In this document: piece by piece, positions 50,385-64,000 of the stretch
Layout: every line of letters begins with the position of its first letter
How positions within the stretch are numbered: the stretch's first letter is position 1
Origin: Leucoraja ocellata
Taxonomy: Eukaryota
Direction of reading: 5' to 3'
DNA length: 64,000 nt
NCBI GenBank assembly: GCA_036785375.1
Contig: JAWMAR010000259.1
Coordinates: forward strand, 1,860,001 to 1,924,000
Notes under the pieces: model-generated
Told to the model about the DNA's origin: nothing
Database searches by the model: none
Seen by the model: only the letters and a program-made list of their open reading frames with translations
Program-made: the position numbers and the translations under genes

Positions 50385-50617
50385 GTGTGGGCCAACAGCC
50401 AGTTACAATGATGCCATTCACTTTAAGAGAGTTGGTAACATTATCCCGCTGTCTCCGTGATGCTTGCCTTGGAATAATTCATTTGGCATATCCAGAAACC
50501 AAACCAGAGGTTCGTGAAGAGTACATTGTGGCATTTAAGAGCATTGGTGTCCGTACCAATGCAGAAATGCAAGAACGAATCGAGACTGAGAGGAAAAGAT
50601 GGATTCAACTCTTTAAG
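50385..50617 (+). CDS. UBE3C: UBE3C coding exon (~exon 13)
   Basis: ttgttag|...|gtacag; 233 nt, MMPFTLRELVTLSRCLRDACLGIIHLAYPETKPEVREEY...KRWIQLFK. Confidence 0.96.
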
Positions 50618-51504
50618 GTACAGTAGAAGAAGTAAACACTTCCTTGCACATTTTCAGTTGAATCATAGATGCAACAAATAGTTTGAAATAGTAATTGCTG
50701 GAGTCTGCTTCAAATGCTGGCTGCCCACTGTGTTACTCAAACACTTTGTTTTTTACTCAAGATTCCAGCATCTGTGTCTAAGTATTTTGAAATGTTATTT
50801 TTATTGTTTCTTGTATCTATCATAAGGTTACTGTTTGGAAACGTATGGTGAAAAAGTTCAAGGGATGATGGCTTTGCAGGCTGAGCCAACATTTAATTGT
50901 CTATCCCTAATTGCCGTTGAGAAGCTGGCATTGAGCTGCTATCTTGAATTGCTAGAGTCCTTGAGTTAATGCTGTTCTTGGGGGAGTTAGAGGATCTTTA
51001 TAGTGAAGGGAGGTTGATTTATTTCAGAGTCAGTGTGGTGCGTGGAGAACAACGGCCAGGTGATGTTTTTCCAAAGCTTTTGCTCCTTTTGTTTTTCTAG
51101 CCGGTAGAAGTTGTGGTCAGGATGGTACTGTCAAAGGAGTCTTGGTGAGATGCTGCAGCTCATCTTGTAGATGTTACAAACTGCTGCTACTGGTGATATG
51201 TTGGTGGTGAAGTGAATGAATAATTATGGATGGGGCACCTGTCAAGTGGGCTGTCATAATGTTGAGCTTCTTGAGTGTAAATAACGCTGCCCTCATTCAG
51301 GCAAGTGGAGAGTATTCAATCCCAGTCCTGACTTGAGCCTTGCAGATGGTGGATAGGTTTGGGGGAGTTAGGAGATGAGTTGCTTGCTGTAGGACCTAGA
51401 CTCTGACCTGTCCTTGTAGCCACCTTGTATACATATCTATTCAATTAAGTCCCTGTTAATAGTAATCTTTAGGATGTTGATGTGGGAGGGGTAGGGTGGA
51501 TTTA

Positions 51505-51701
51505 AGGGCCTGTCCCACTTGCTGATTTTTTTCGCCGGCTGCCGGCGTCATTGATTGACGTATCAGCAAAATGTTGCGACACTTGAGGAAACACGTCAAT
51601 ACGTCATCACGCCGCATCACGCCACGACTTTTTCGGTGACCTGATACGTGAATCAATTATGCCGACAGTCGCCGAAGAAATCGCCAAGTGGGACAGGCCC
51701 T
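51505..51701. mobile_element. PIF/Harbinger-like MITE
   Basis: TIRs AGGGCCTGTCCCACTTG / CAAGTGGGACAGGCCCT with a perfect 3-bp TTA TSD. Confidence 0.85.
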
Positions 51702-54700
51702 TTAGTGAAGGTAATGCCATTTTTTCTCGCTGGATTTCTTCATTACCTGCTGTTTGTGTGGCATGAGCTTTACTTGTCACAATGCCTAAATTAGTAGAGT
51801 CTCTCTGTGGTTGGTTGTATGTGCTTGGAAGTGCAATTGGTGCTCAGTAATTGCACATATCGGAAACTGAGATGCCTAGATCTTTGTATTTTAACATAAT
51901 CAAGAGTTTGAATAGGATATAGGATAGTAGAAAAGGCTCAAGGTCTTGTGTTACATTCTCCGTTCTTTCTTATAAGCTCAGGTTAATTAATCATATGTAT
52001 CTTTTGAGTTGCCCGCGGGATGGCTTCACCCATTTGTTGAAAGGACCATTTTCTCAATTATGAACCCACATTCATAAGTGTAGTACAAAGTTTTTCAGAT
52101 CAGGAGAAGACAATGCCATCTCTTGAGCTTTTTATTTAATTTGGTCTGATGGCAAATTGGTATCTTAACACTACTTGTAAATCTGGATGCCATAACCTTA
52201 AAAAAAAAGGAATTTAAAACTGTTTCCATAAGTGCTATTATTATATCTGTACTGAGTGGATCCACTTTATAGCCAGTGGCATCAATGTTTTATGGAGTAG
52301 AACAGTTGCTTTTTTAAAATCGTAACCTCTTTTAAAAATATCACACAGCACTTTTGTTTAATGATTCCTTCAAACAAGTATTCTGTATGTAGTCATATAA
52401 TTAAAATTACTGTTTTAAAATAATCCATTTGTTTTTATCTTATGATATAAGTATCGGAATATGATAGAATGGTTACATATATCTTCGTAATTTTTACCCA
52501 CTATAGCATTGGTGCATTCATCAAGTATCATTATGATCTTTAAAAAAAAAAGAACATTCTGGCAAGTCTCAGCAGAACAAGCGCCACCTGTAGAAAAATA
52601 AGCTGTTAATAACAGGGTCAAAGTCTCTTCGGCAGAACTGGGAAAGGCAGGAAACTAGTTTTATGTTGTAGCAAGGGTGGAGGATGGATAGCTTGGATGA
52701 TGAGCATAATCCATGATGGACCCGGGGAATGGGGATAAATTGAAGGCCACAAACATTCTCTCCAAATGAGACCTCCTTGGAAGCACCGTTCTTTATCTTT
52801 TCAAAATCCTAGAAGTCGTCAGGTACTGAGAGAGCCACCTCAAAAGAAGATTGCTGACCATTACCCCCTCCAAGCAATCAATTGCTGGCATTAAATATCA
52901 GTTCAATTTGTGTCTGGGTCCTGGTTTTTTTAAAGCAAAGATTTGTTGCTTTTAATTCATCTTATGGAACATTGGAATAGCCATGTTCCATAATGGATTC
53001 TCATGCCGTACCTATAAAATTAACTAAACTCTTAAATTTGCTTGGCCATTGTTTCCTTTGAGTTATCTTTTTTGATCTTGTAAAATATGCAATGTAGCAG
53101 GTGCTGACTAAACTAATTAGATTACAGCATGCCCTGTATACCTTAGACTCATTGAAAAATGGTTCCTGTTGCCCTTGATAAAGAAGTAGTGATGGATGGG
53201 TAATGATTTTTTTTCCCGAGGCTTCTTTCCTGTGTAAAGTTTCTGTTGGGAGTCCTTGCCCTTTATATGCACATTCAATCAAGAGTGCAAGATGTAATTG
53301 AGGCTCTACTTTTCATAGGTTTTATTTGAATGAGTGTTGCCAGGATATTCGTAATAGGAATCAAGAAAAGATGAGCTCACAGTGACAGTGAAATTAAGTG
53401 TTAAATTATAAATGGCCCACCTTATTATTGGATCCTGTATCCTGTATTGCTGGCTATAATTGTTACAAATAAACTGAATATTCATTGTGTGTGGGGGGGG
53501 GTGCGGGGGTTGTAATGTAATAGAACAAGAAACATGATCATCAATTGATGCCTTTCATTTAAAGTTTGCAAAAATGAAATGCATTTCACAAATTGAACGT
53601 TAGATTTATAGTTTTATTTCCCAGTGACCCATAACACGCTAATGTGGAATGGAAGCCATCAACCAATTCTCCTGTTCCTTTATTGCAGCTTTTTTTGAAT
53701 CGGAACAAAGCTATCTATATAATTGAAAGAAGTTAATTGAATGAAAATGATCAACTAAGCTTGTATTAATATTGCTAATGGAAGATTCTGCTTGGCTGTG
53801 TTTGGAAAGAGATGTCATGCTGGAGTTTTGCAGGCACCCATTAATGCTTGCACTTAACCTGATAGGCTAATTAAGGAATGCTTATTCATTCTACAAGTCA
53901 GGGATAGCTGCTATTCAAACCAATCAGCTTTTCTTTATAATGCATTGCACTTAAAGAAAGCTGTTAGGACTGGCAGGGATAGTAACTGATGATCTTTTGA
54001 TTGAGATGAATACTGTGTTAATATATTAGTAAATTTGAAATTATAATTAGGAGGACCAGTGAATCATTGGTAAAATAACTTCTTGTTTTTTGACTAATTT
54101 TAGTCAATTTATTTGTAGTAATTAAGTTGGAGTTCAATTTGATTTATTGCCTGACTGAATTTAATGCTGGTTTGTTCTTGAGAGTAGGCAGCTGTTTTAA
54201 CGTAGTTATCATTCAAGTGAGCTTGAAGATCACTTGGACAGTTGTACTTCCTGTAAATGTGGACCATACATGTTTCTTTTTAAGGCTTGCTACAAGCAAT
54301 GTGCTAATTGATATGGTCAGTCATTTGCAGACAATTTGAGGCATTTGTCACTTAAATTGTTTATATGACAGCCTGTTAAGGTAATACCCAAATCAAAAGT
54401 AATTGAGGTGTAAGAAGATTATTGTTCTTTATATATCTTTATGCTTGGTTAGACCATAATTAGTTTGTATGGCTTAAGTATCATACTTTTAATCCAACAT
54501 TTAATCCCAGATTTGTTTTAAAAAAAAGCTGGAAATATTTAGCAGATCAAGTTAATTCATTGCAAAACAGTCAACAATTTGGATTTATGCCCTTTCCTCA
54601 GATTGTAGTGTTCAAAATTCAAAATCTGTTATCTGTAATAGGAACTTAGAAGTTAACCAAAACCTTTTCGTAGGAAATAGAATACATTTGGTTATTATAT

Positions 54701-56008
54701 TCTGTGTATTTTTCATATTTTTGATAAATGTATTGCAGTAAGAATTAGTTATTGAGGTTTTGCGTGTTCATCATAAATTATTATGTGCACACACGGTGGT
54801 GTATTTCCAATTTTTCTTTGCAAAGCTGTGAACTTACTGGAACAGCAAATTTGCATTGAAATTTATTCTTAGTTTTGTTATTTTGCAGGTAACACAAACC
54901 TGTGACAAATTACTTTCTGGTTCACGCAGTGTAATGTTGGTATGGTACTTTCCATTGATAATGAATACCAATTTAACAAAATGGTGTTAGAAAATATTTG
55001 GTGTTTGTTTTCACGTGCATATCACTGTTGCATATATTCAGTTGCATTTCAGTCTGGTATTTTAATTGCTCTTCACCCTTGATATTGGAGTATAGTTCAA
55101 AGTCCATCTAGCCATTTGTTATATTTGAAGATAGTGCGGCCACACATTCTCCATTGGGAGTAACATCATGGTCCTCACCTGAACTTTACAGCAGGGGTCA
55201 ATGGATATTCATTACCAATGGTAATTTATTTGTTCTTGGTGAGTGGACGATCCTGGCATGGCTGCATTGATTATCTACACTTAGTTATCCAGCGAAGGGT
55301 GTCGTTATTCTTCCTGAAACAAATTATTAACCTCGACCTTTTAGATTGTCGCATCAAAACCACTTAACAATTACATGGCGAAAATTCAAGTTTTATTATT
55401 TTTCAAAGATTTTCCCTGAATTGACTAGAGAGTACACGATAAGAAACTAAAAGCTCATTTCAAAATCTCAGATCCATTCAATGTAGCATGAAGGAATCTT
55501 AGGATAGAATGAGCATTATAGTTAGCTTCAGCCATACCTAAATGAGCAATGCGATTTCCTTTGGTTTCTGAGAGTTTGAATATGAGTATTGGGGTGTGCT
55601 TTGGTTTTGACGTTAATTTTGGGGGGAGAAGGATGTGGAAGAAAGTAAGATGGCCTGCTGCCACACAAATAATGACCTTTTGGTTGAAGTGCCATATTGT
55701 TGGTGAATGTTGATTTATTAATCTGCAAGTCAAAATTGAAGCAGAAGATAATTGATTGTCAAAAGTTTAATATGAAGTGTTTTTGCATTATGTTGGTGTA
55801 GTTAACATTAAATAATCATGGTCAATGTTTTAAAATTGTTATTTCACAATTCCTCGTGCACTTCAGTACATTTTGATATACTAGATGTTCGAGAAGACCA
55901 GTAGCCCTTGAGTAGCCAGAAATGTGCAGATGAAATATAACATTTGCTTGTATAGGATTATATATAAGGATTGTATATCATTTTTGTTATTTTGTTTCTT
56001 GCTTACAG

Positions 56009-56113
56009 GTGATCTCCAATTTAGTGAAAATGCTTAAGTCAAGAGACACAAGAAGACAATTTTGTCCTGCTGATCACTGGCTTTCTGATCAAGTTAATAT
56101 CAGAGCTGATAAG
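56009..56113 (+). CDS. UBE3C: UBE3C coding exon (~exon 14)
   Basis: cttacag|...|gtgtgt; 105 nt, VISNLVKMLKSRDTRRQFCPADHWLSDQVNIRADK. Confidence 0.96.
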
Positions 56114-56479
56114 GTGTGTATTGCTAATTTGGGTGATAGATGAAGGGACTAAGGAATATAATTTAAAATTCCTTAATTACTTTGGATATTAATAATGAAT
56201 AACATGCATTTTTTAAAATATTTATTTAGTTTAGAGATACAGCATGGAACCAGGCCCTTCAGCCCACTAAGTGCACCATCATCCATTCACACTGTGTAGG
56301 AAGGAGCTGCAGATGCTGGTTTTAATCGAAGATAGACGCAAAATGCTAGGGTAACTCACCGGGACAGGCAGCATCTCGGGAGAGAAGGAATGGGTGACGT
56401 TTTGGGTCGAGAACCTATCCATCCATTCACAGAAGTTCTATGTTATCCCACTTTTTCATCAACTCCTTATACTTTAGGG

Positions 56480-57159
56480 CAGGGATCTCCGAACTATGGC
56501 CCATGGGCCACATCCGGCCCGCCACAATATTTTATCCGGCCCGCAGCAAGCTCTGAGATCTGGGCTCCCCCGGGTCCTAAAGACCGGCGACTCAGAGAAT
56601 TTGTAGCTTGTTTGCAGAATTTGCTCTCCACACAACAGATTTGTTTTCTTCGGAACGGATCTTTGAAAGAATGGGTTCAAACTGAATTCCCGGTTCCGGA
56701 TGGGAGCACGTGCTCAGGCTCAGGCTCTGCCCCTGTAGAATACATAGATCATTCCTCGTTTCAATCGCCGCCAGACCCTTCCCTCACTTCTCTCTCAGGT
56801 ACATTATGTGTGTATCGGTGCTGCTTCCTGCTCTCGTTCACCACTTTAACGCTTCATCTCCCTCATTGCCAGTTTCCAACCAGCCCTCACTTTCCTCTGC
56901 TCGAGCCCCGACACTTCCCTTCGCTTTCTCTATTTCCGATTCAGAGAAAACGCGAGTGACCAAAGTCCATTACAAGCCTGCGTACGTTATCGACTATCTT
57001 GTCTATCCACTGCCCCTGTTTGCGCATCGGAACTGGAATATTCCCCCCAAGATTGAGTCCGTATAACAAAACTGAAATGTCTTTATTTTTTCCTACGGCC
57101 CGCAAAATTGTGCCTAATATATAATGTGGCCCTCATGCTGAAAAGTTTGGAGGCCCCTG
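56480..57159. mobile_element. hAT-Charlie-like non-autonomous element nested in an HE1-like SINE (~56225-57210)
   Basis: TIRs CAGGGATCTCCGAACT / AGTTTGGAGGCCCCTG; degenerate TSD ctttaggg/cttgcggg; CGGCCC subterminal repeats; SINE also carries a Penelope-tail arm at ~56293-56415. Confidence 0.75.
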
Positions 57160-57291
57160 CTTGCGGGTCAACTTTTAGAGGCCAATGAACCAACAAACTT
57201 ACAAATGCTTGATCTGTTTTTGTAAATTTGTTGGTTTTTAAATAATGTGTCTCAGTCATGAATTACAGAGCAAAGTCAAATATTTGTGGCA

Positions 57292-57371
57292 GGTTTTCTT
57301 CCAGTATCACATCCAGTGGTGCAGTGGTATTCAACCACAATACCACCTGGATGTGAAACTGGAGGAAAGTC
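57292..57371 (+). other. 80-nt hairpin (pre-miRNA-like or decayed mini-palindrome)
   Basis: GGTTTTCTTCCAGTATCACATCCAG...CTGGATGTGAAACTGGAGGAAAGTC pairs over most of its length. Confidence 0.6.
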
Positions 57372-57407
57372 AGTAATTGAATGGTCACTCTAACTCACTC
57401 ATGAGAT

Positions 57408-57850
57408 TTTTCTTCTTGGGGAGTTCCTCAGGATAAATGGTGACATGTTTCCACTCCGGTTTTGTTGACTCTGAGGCGGTGAGAGCAATGTGGAATCTGT
57501 AGACCACCACAAATTGGGCAACCGGTGTTTGACAAATTGGGTAGATGTATTCTTTGGGAAGTGGTGCACACGTCCCACTATTTTCACTGGGCTTCCACAT
57601 GCTCTCAGCAGATATTATAATATGGATGATGTTCCCCTGTTTCATTCGGTCATAAACTATGGGTTCCAATGAGTTGACATGGATGTCATGTCTATAAGGA
57701 ACTTTTGAGAACATCCTTTCAAAATACAGCTGTCACTCAGGTGCTGCAGGTCTTCTTGCTAGTTCTTGATAACCCTGTAAATCCATGACTTGAAAACTAG
57801 GCCGATGTTAGTTGCTCATTCAGTGGGACCTTTGCTCAGAAATACAGACA
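57408..57850 (-). mobile_element. Decayed RTE-type LINE 3' end
   Basis: Minus-strand KDVLK.S and (W)E....DR motifs; tail ggagtggaaaca...cctgaggaactccccaagaagaa. Confidence 0.45.
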
Positions 57851-58189
57851 TTATTACACCAAAATAAGCTCCCTGATTTAACCAACATGTTAATCTTTGC
57901 CATTAGTAAATCCTTGATGTTTTTACCTGCTTGCTAGCTTTTCAGTGATCGTTGCCCTTCCAATGAAATGCCCATAACTTCTATCCAAAACAGAAATACT
58001 GGATGAACTCAGTCAGTCAAACAGCATCAGTGGAAAGAGAAACAAGTTAATGTTTTGGCTCAGTAACCTTTTCACAGACAGAATTGCTGGCTGAAAAGAT
58101 AATTGGTTTCTCTATCCACACATTCTGCTTGACTGGTTAAGTTTTTTCGATACTTTTAGTTTTCATCTGAAGTTTTTTCCTATTGTACC

Positions 58190-58705
58190 TTCTTGAGCTC
58201 GTTCCATTGGCCTACATTTGCCCCACATTTCTCCGAACCTTTCCAATCCACATACCTGCACAAATGTATTCTCATCTTTGTAATTGTACTTGCCTCGTAC
58301 CACTTCCTTTTGCAGTTCATTCCACAAAGCTACTCTTGTGCGAAAAGATTGCCATTCGAGTCCCCTTTAAATATTTTCCTCTCTCCTTACACCAATGTCC
58401 TCCAGTTTTTGCCTTCCCCCACCCTGGGGGAAAAAAACAGTGATCATCCACCTTACCTGTGCCCTTCATTATTTTATATGCCTCTTTAAGATCACTCTAC
58501 GGCAGACAATGCTCCAGGTAGAGCAGTCCCAGTGTATCCAGTCTCTCCGTAAAAAATGTAGGGCTTATAACTCAAGCCCTCCAGTCCTGGTAACAACCTT
58601 GTGAATCATTTCTGTGCATCGCATCCTTCTTATACTATGATGATCAGAATTGCATGCAATGTTCCAGGCGCAATTTTACCAACGTCATCTACAGCTGTAA
58701 CGTGC
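58190..58705 (-). mobile_element. Old CR1 LINE fragment
   Basis: ataactcaagccctccagtcctggtaaca shared with the copy at ~40917. Confidence 0.65.
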
Positions 58706-59521
58706 ATGGTTTTGGGTTTGATAATCAATTCTGGAGCAACCAATTTTTTAATATACTAGGTGACCAGAAGTTGCCCCAGAACTTAATCCCGAGTTCTAAT
58801 CATTGAAACATTATCCTCTCTCTTAATTGTGAAAGATCGTGCAGTTGCAATGTGGCCAGAGCAAGAATAAAACTAGGCTGATCATTGCCTGTAGCCATTG
58901 TCTGTAAAAATGGGGCATATGGTGATGAGCTGAAATCATTGAACTAATTAAATGTGTAAAGTTGTGAACTTCATATGAAATGTCAAAACACGTTGGATAG
59001 TGATTATTGCCACTAATGGTAATTTGTGCTTTCATTTTCTCCAACCGCTTTACCTGGTAGTTGTCTTTTTGCCACTCTATTTTGCTTTGCACTATTATCC
59101 CTTTTCTAATTAATCTCCTGCCAGTCGCAGTCATTTTTTGCCCTTGCCTCATTCTTATTTCCCTCCCTCTATACTTGTTTAAAGTCTGTGAAATCTAGCT
59201 TTTGCCAGTTCTGTTAAAAGATCATCAATCTGAGGCATTAAGCCTGTTCTCTCCCCCACTATGTTGCTTGACAAGTATTTCAAGTTTTTCGCTTTTAATT
59301 TCCAGCATCTGCAGTATTTTGTTTGTGTTTTACTTAGCTTAATTGCTTTCATTTTGTGGTCACCAGTTGTCAATACTGAATTGATTATTTGACATGCCAT
59401 TTTGTGTTTTATCGAAATACTAATTTGAATTCCTGTGAGGCATTTAAAGTAAAGATATCAATTGTAAAGTTATTGTTTTAAGACTAACAATTACTTAATG
59501 TCAGCATCTCTTTAATACTAG

Positions 59522-59609
59522 GTCACCCAACTCTATGTGCCCTCAGCGAGGCACGTTTGGAGGATGCGTCGAATGGGAAGGATAGGACCATTGCAGTCAA
59601 CACTAGATG
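59522..59609 (+). CDS. UBE3C: UBE3C coding exon (~exon 15)
   Basis: tactag|...|gtaatt; 88 nt, VTQLYVPSARHVWRMRRMGRIGPLQSTLD; next exon not seen in window. Confidence 0.95.
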
Positions 59610-62600
59610 GTAATTGCCAGCCTCTCAGCATAGATCATTTATGTTGGTGGTATTTATTGCATTAAATGTTTGCAGAAATTGCTATCAACAATTCCATCGT
59701 GATGAATACATTTCGAATGAGTGAAGTATGAATGATGATGGTTAAAGGAATCCAGAGATTGGGTAGATGTGTCTAATCGGTGTGAAACATCAGTGGATAA
59801 TGAGTCTGCACTGTATTATCAAAACAGAATTAAAGAGAACAAAATATGATAAAGAACAGTGCTCTTGTAAAAACATCCCTTGATGTATCCAATTATGAGA
59901 CAGACATCCAGGCAGATTATGAGGCAGTCGGTACAGGGAAAAATCAAGAGGGTGACTATTTCGAAAAGAGTTTAAAAGGTTTTCTTCAGTTCTCAGTTCC
60001 ACTGTATCTTCGATAGTAATTCTGCTGCATTTCTTATTTGGGGCTAATCTATTTATCACTCCTGTATTTGCAGATGCATGGTTGCTATATGTTTGCCTTT
60101 GCCTCTTGCACAACCGATTTTCTTTCCTCTCCAGCGGTTATTCCTGTTTCCTCTCAATGCACATCCACAATCATCCTTAAATGATCCCTTTTACCAAACC
60201 ATTCTTGCAAACTCCTTTCTTGGGGGCTGGGCACCATTTCTTATGTGAAGCTCTTAGAATATGTTTTCCTGCATCAAAGTACTGTTTAAGTGCAAACTAG
60301 TTTAAACATTGTTTAAATTCGAGTGATATGGTAATGGAGATTAAAATCCTGGTGTCATTTAAAACAAAGAGTAGAAACACATTTCCCCTGAAAAGATGGA
60401 TTGTATGAATCACATGGCCTCCTTAATCTTTATTTATTTGGTGAATCAAAGATATTCGGACTCAATATCTTTGTTTATGAAGCCATTTATCTGAGTAGTT
60501 CAGGTTGGAAGGCTTTTCAATTTGGATTAAATTAATTATTTAATAGAATGTAGATTAATAAAGCATTTTTGAGTTGTTGTCTTATAGAAAATTAGAATAA
60601 GTAAAAAATTAAATGTTACCATTTGTAATCTAATAAATCGACCAGAGACAGGAAAATTATTTGCCTCAATGTAAATTGTTTATCTGATATTCATGCATGA
60701 TGGACATTATTTTTCTTTGTTCTTAGACATTGTATTTTAAGTAGGTTTGGGACAATTTTCAAGTCTACTTGAGGGTCTGAAATACTTTCTTTAAAGCGAT
60801 TATATTTTGGCTTGAATTTTGAATGCAATTCAGCGAAGAGGACAGTGTGAAACAAGCAGATAACAATGTGTGTATGATTTGTTTAATGCCACTTGACTCC
60901 ACATGGAATAAACTCAATTAGTATGAAAGTACTGTTGAAGCACATATGGCTGTGTTTGTTTGCCCTTTTTCATTTACTTAAATGGCAGCCACTAGAATGA
61001 TTAATAGACTTCATTGATCAGCAGAGAACATATTTCTCGTGAAAGATAGAAACTTGATGGAGAAATGCAGATAAAATTGACTAATTGACCAAAATAATTG
61101 AGCTCTAGTGGTAAGATAGTGGTTTAACTTTGCTACACAGGCAGTTTTTGTTTGAATGCTTTTTATACTGCGCGAATGAGCAAGTAACATCTAGTTACTG
61201 TAAAAGGTTTCACCGAGAAGTACTTTTCTCCCGTTTTTGTAAACAATGTTCATAATATGATATCTTATTTAAGCCTAGTGGGAAGTGTTAAATTAAGGTA
61301 CATTTTCAACACTACTTCACAAAATTGTAATTTTTACAATCTAGAAAATAAACCGAGCGGATAGATGGGAATGCTATCACCTGCAAATGTTTCTCTCTAA
61401 TCTCATTATTCTGATGTGGAAATGTGATGAACCTTTGTTATTTCTTAGTCCTGGAATTCCCTTTGTAACCCCACTAATAGGGTCCCTTCCACACCAACGG
61501 ACATTATTTAAAATATTTAATAAATGCTGACTTAACAGTACCTATTTTTAATTTTTCTGTTATATGCTTCGATAGGTAATGCAAATAATTAAAAATAACT
61601 TGTTCAAAATTGGTATTAATTCATTCCTCATAATGTTGTACTTTTCTCTTTGTCCGGAGTTAATTGTATTGCTGCCCTTAATGTGGGAAAGAGTGAACAC
61701 TTTATTTTGTTTCATATAAACATAAAAAACACCAATGACAAAATGTACTTGATAAGGATGTATTTGCTTTCGATTTTGTTAATTTTTTACATGGCCAGTC
61801 ATTGGGATTTTGCTAAACAATTTGTTTTACTTGGTCTTTGTCAGGGTATATGTGATGTAAAGGGGAGGGTGAAAGGGTAATATGGGACTCGGAAATGGAA
61901 GATGACACCATCTCCCATCGCCCTGGTCACTCTAGTCCTTTCACCTCCTCCATACGCTCTTCTCCCATCCCCAAATTATTTTTTGAACTCTGCGTAGGCA
62001 GAGCTACCTTGTTCAATGAGAAATGGTGCCATCACTTCGGCATCTTAATACAAATTGCCTTTTGCTCACCGAGCAATAGGATAGAATGATCATACAATCA
62101 GATGTATTTAACTCATTTGTTGCTAAATTCCAATTGTAACCACTTATGCATCTGTGACATAGAATGGTTGCAGCACAGGGGGCCACTAGGCCAATTGTGA
62201 CAGCGCTCTCTCTTCCAGAGCAAACTCACCAATTGTGCCCCCATCCTCGCCTCCTTCCTGTCTTTCTTTCAGGCCTTACAAACTTTTCTTCATATATTTA
62301 TCCAATTTCATTTTGAGGGTTACAAGAGAACCTCCCTCAATTACATCTTCAGGCAACACATTCCAGATTTCAACCACATAAACAGTCTTCTTTGTTTTAC
62401 TAATAATTATCTTCTCCTTTATTTTATACCAGTGAACACGTCTTTGACCCCTCAACTGATAAGAACAGCTTCACTATTCATTCTGTTCAGAGTTCTCATT
62501 TTTTTCTATATTGGTATCAGATCTCCCTGAAACCTTGTCTTCAAAAAAAAAATTCAGCCAATCCATGTATCTGTGTTCCCTTATTCCAGAGGCAATTCTT

Positions 62601-63509
62601 GTTTCTCTCCTCTGAACCTTTTGAGTGCCTTTACATCCTTATAATGAAGTATTCAAAATTGAATGTAGCACTCGGGTTGAGGGCAAACCAGTATTTTATA
62701 AAGATTCAACATTTTTCCTTTTTGTATTCTGTTCCTCAAGCCATAAAGCTCAGAAATATGTATGTTTTATTAACCATATTTTCAACTTGCCCCGTTACTT
62801 TCACTCATTTGTACTCGAATACTCTCAGGTTTCTCTAATCTTGTACCTTTTGTTAGAACAGTATCTTAATTCTATGATTTCCTCCCCTCATTCTTCACCT
62901 CAGATTTCACTGCATCAAATGTCATCGGCCACAAGTCAGTTCATTTGACCAGCCTGTTTATTTCCTGATGTAATTTGTCACTGTTCTCCATGCAGTTCAC
63001 AATACTGTAGATTTTGTGCCATGCAACAATGCAAAAAAAAGGTACAAAAGTTATTATTTTGTAATGTAATTTATAGACTAAAATATTGTTGCAAATTTGT
63101 GCTTTGGGTTCTAAGGTAATTTCGTGTTAAGTATGTTTGTAAGTTCAGTTTAATAGTTTTAGAATATTGAATATCAGTGGCATTTTAATTTTTTTTAAAG
63201 CTTTAATAGTGGGGCTTTGCTGCCTGTCAAAGGCTTATAGAGGATGGTTGAGATCTTGGCTTGTCTAGTGTGTTGTTTGAGGCTCTGTCGCCTCTCTAGC
63301 CTTCTTGATTGAGTCCAGAGTCTAATGGGCAAGGATGATGGGCCTTCTGGACCAGGTAAGTTTGGTAACTATGTGCGACAAGACCTCGTCCATTCACTCG
63401 AGCATAGTCCTTAATCCAAGAAGCATTTCAGTCTGTGATAATATGATGCTACATTTGGGAAAAACATAACTTTCATTGTTAAAGCACATGCAGACCAGGA
63501 AGCATCCGT

Positions 63510-63832
63510 GAAGAAAGCATTGAAGTTGGGATTGAGTATAGAAGTTGGGATGTTATGTTGCAGTTATGCAAGACGTACTTGGAGTATTGTTCAGTTTTGG
63601 TCACCCTGCTCTCGGGAAAAATGCTAGCTAGCCGGAATGAGTACACAGAAGCTTTACGAGGATATTGCCAAGACTCGAGAGAGAAGTCAGGCTAGGGAGG
63701 TTGGGACTTAATTCCTTGGAATGTAGGAGACTGAGGGAAGAGAGTATATGGGGTGTATAGTAACAGGACAGACATTGGTAAGGATGCATATCCTTTTTCC
63801 CAGGGTAAGGGAATCAAGAACTAGATGGCGTA
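63510..63832 (+). mobile_element. Old CR1 LINE fragment
   Basis: attgagtatagaagttgggatgttatgttgcagtta...ttggagtattgt..cagttttggtcacc. Confidence 0.7.
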
Positions 63833-64000
63833 GGGTTTTTTTTTTGTTTTGTTTTTTAATATTTTATTTTATTAGAAGTAAGTACAATCATATGGCACCA
63901 AAGTGCCTAATATATATTTTCATAATACATTTTATGTACAGCTTTTTTTTTTGTTATAGTAAAGAAAGATAAGAATAAGAAAAATAAATTAGATAGTAAA

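Noticed and set aside
54870-54895. ttttgcag|gtaac, resembling a recursive splice site (similar motif at ~39010)
   Set aside because: Short motif expected by chance; the host intron is only ~5.4 kb and no evidence of use is available.
59610-64000. Searched for the next UBE3C exon (…LSVSEERQL…PFVVPFEERVK)
   Set aside because: Not found; presumably downstream of the window.

Overview
Eukaryotic, repeat-rich genomic DNA, most likely from a cartilaginous fish (skate/ray), inferred from abundant HER1/CR1 LINEs and HE1-type V-SINEs. The whole window lies inside one + strand gene, the HECT E3 ubiquitin ligase UBE3C. Thirteen consecutive GT-AG coding exons (approximately exons 3-15 by recalled human structure; 1909 nt) splice in frame from the IQ motif to ...GPLQSTLD. 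The start codon and HECT domain lie outside the window. Introns contain CR1/HER1, Rex1/Babar and RTE LINE fragments, V-SINEs, two defective Gypsy LTR elements, a solo LTR, a Neptune-type Penelope element, hAT, PIF/Harbinger, Tc1 and Tigger-like DNA elements, and non-autonomous Helitron-like elements, often nested. Most notable are: minimal hammerhead-ribozyme motifs carried by Penelope tails, including a 100-bp TSD-flanked insertion that is essentially only the hammerhead plus tail; an 80-nt sense-strand pre-miRNA-like hairpin; a Helitron-like family; an antisense solo-LTR promoter; and candidate intronic enhancers. All calls were made by eye without database searches, and many repeat boundaries are approximate. 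I see no firm evidence of a wholly new system.
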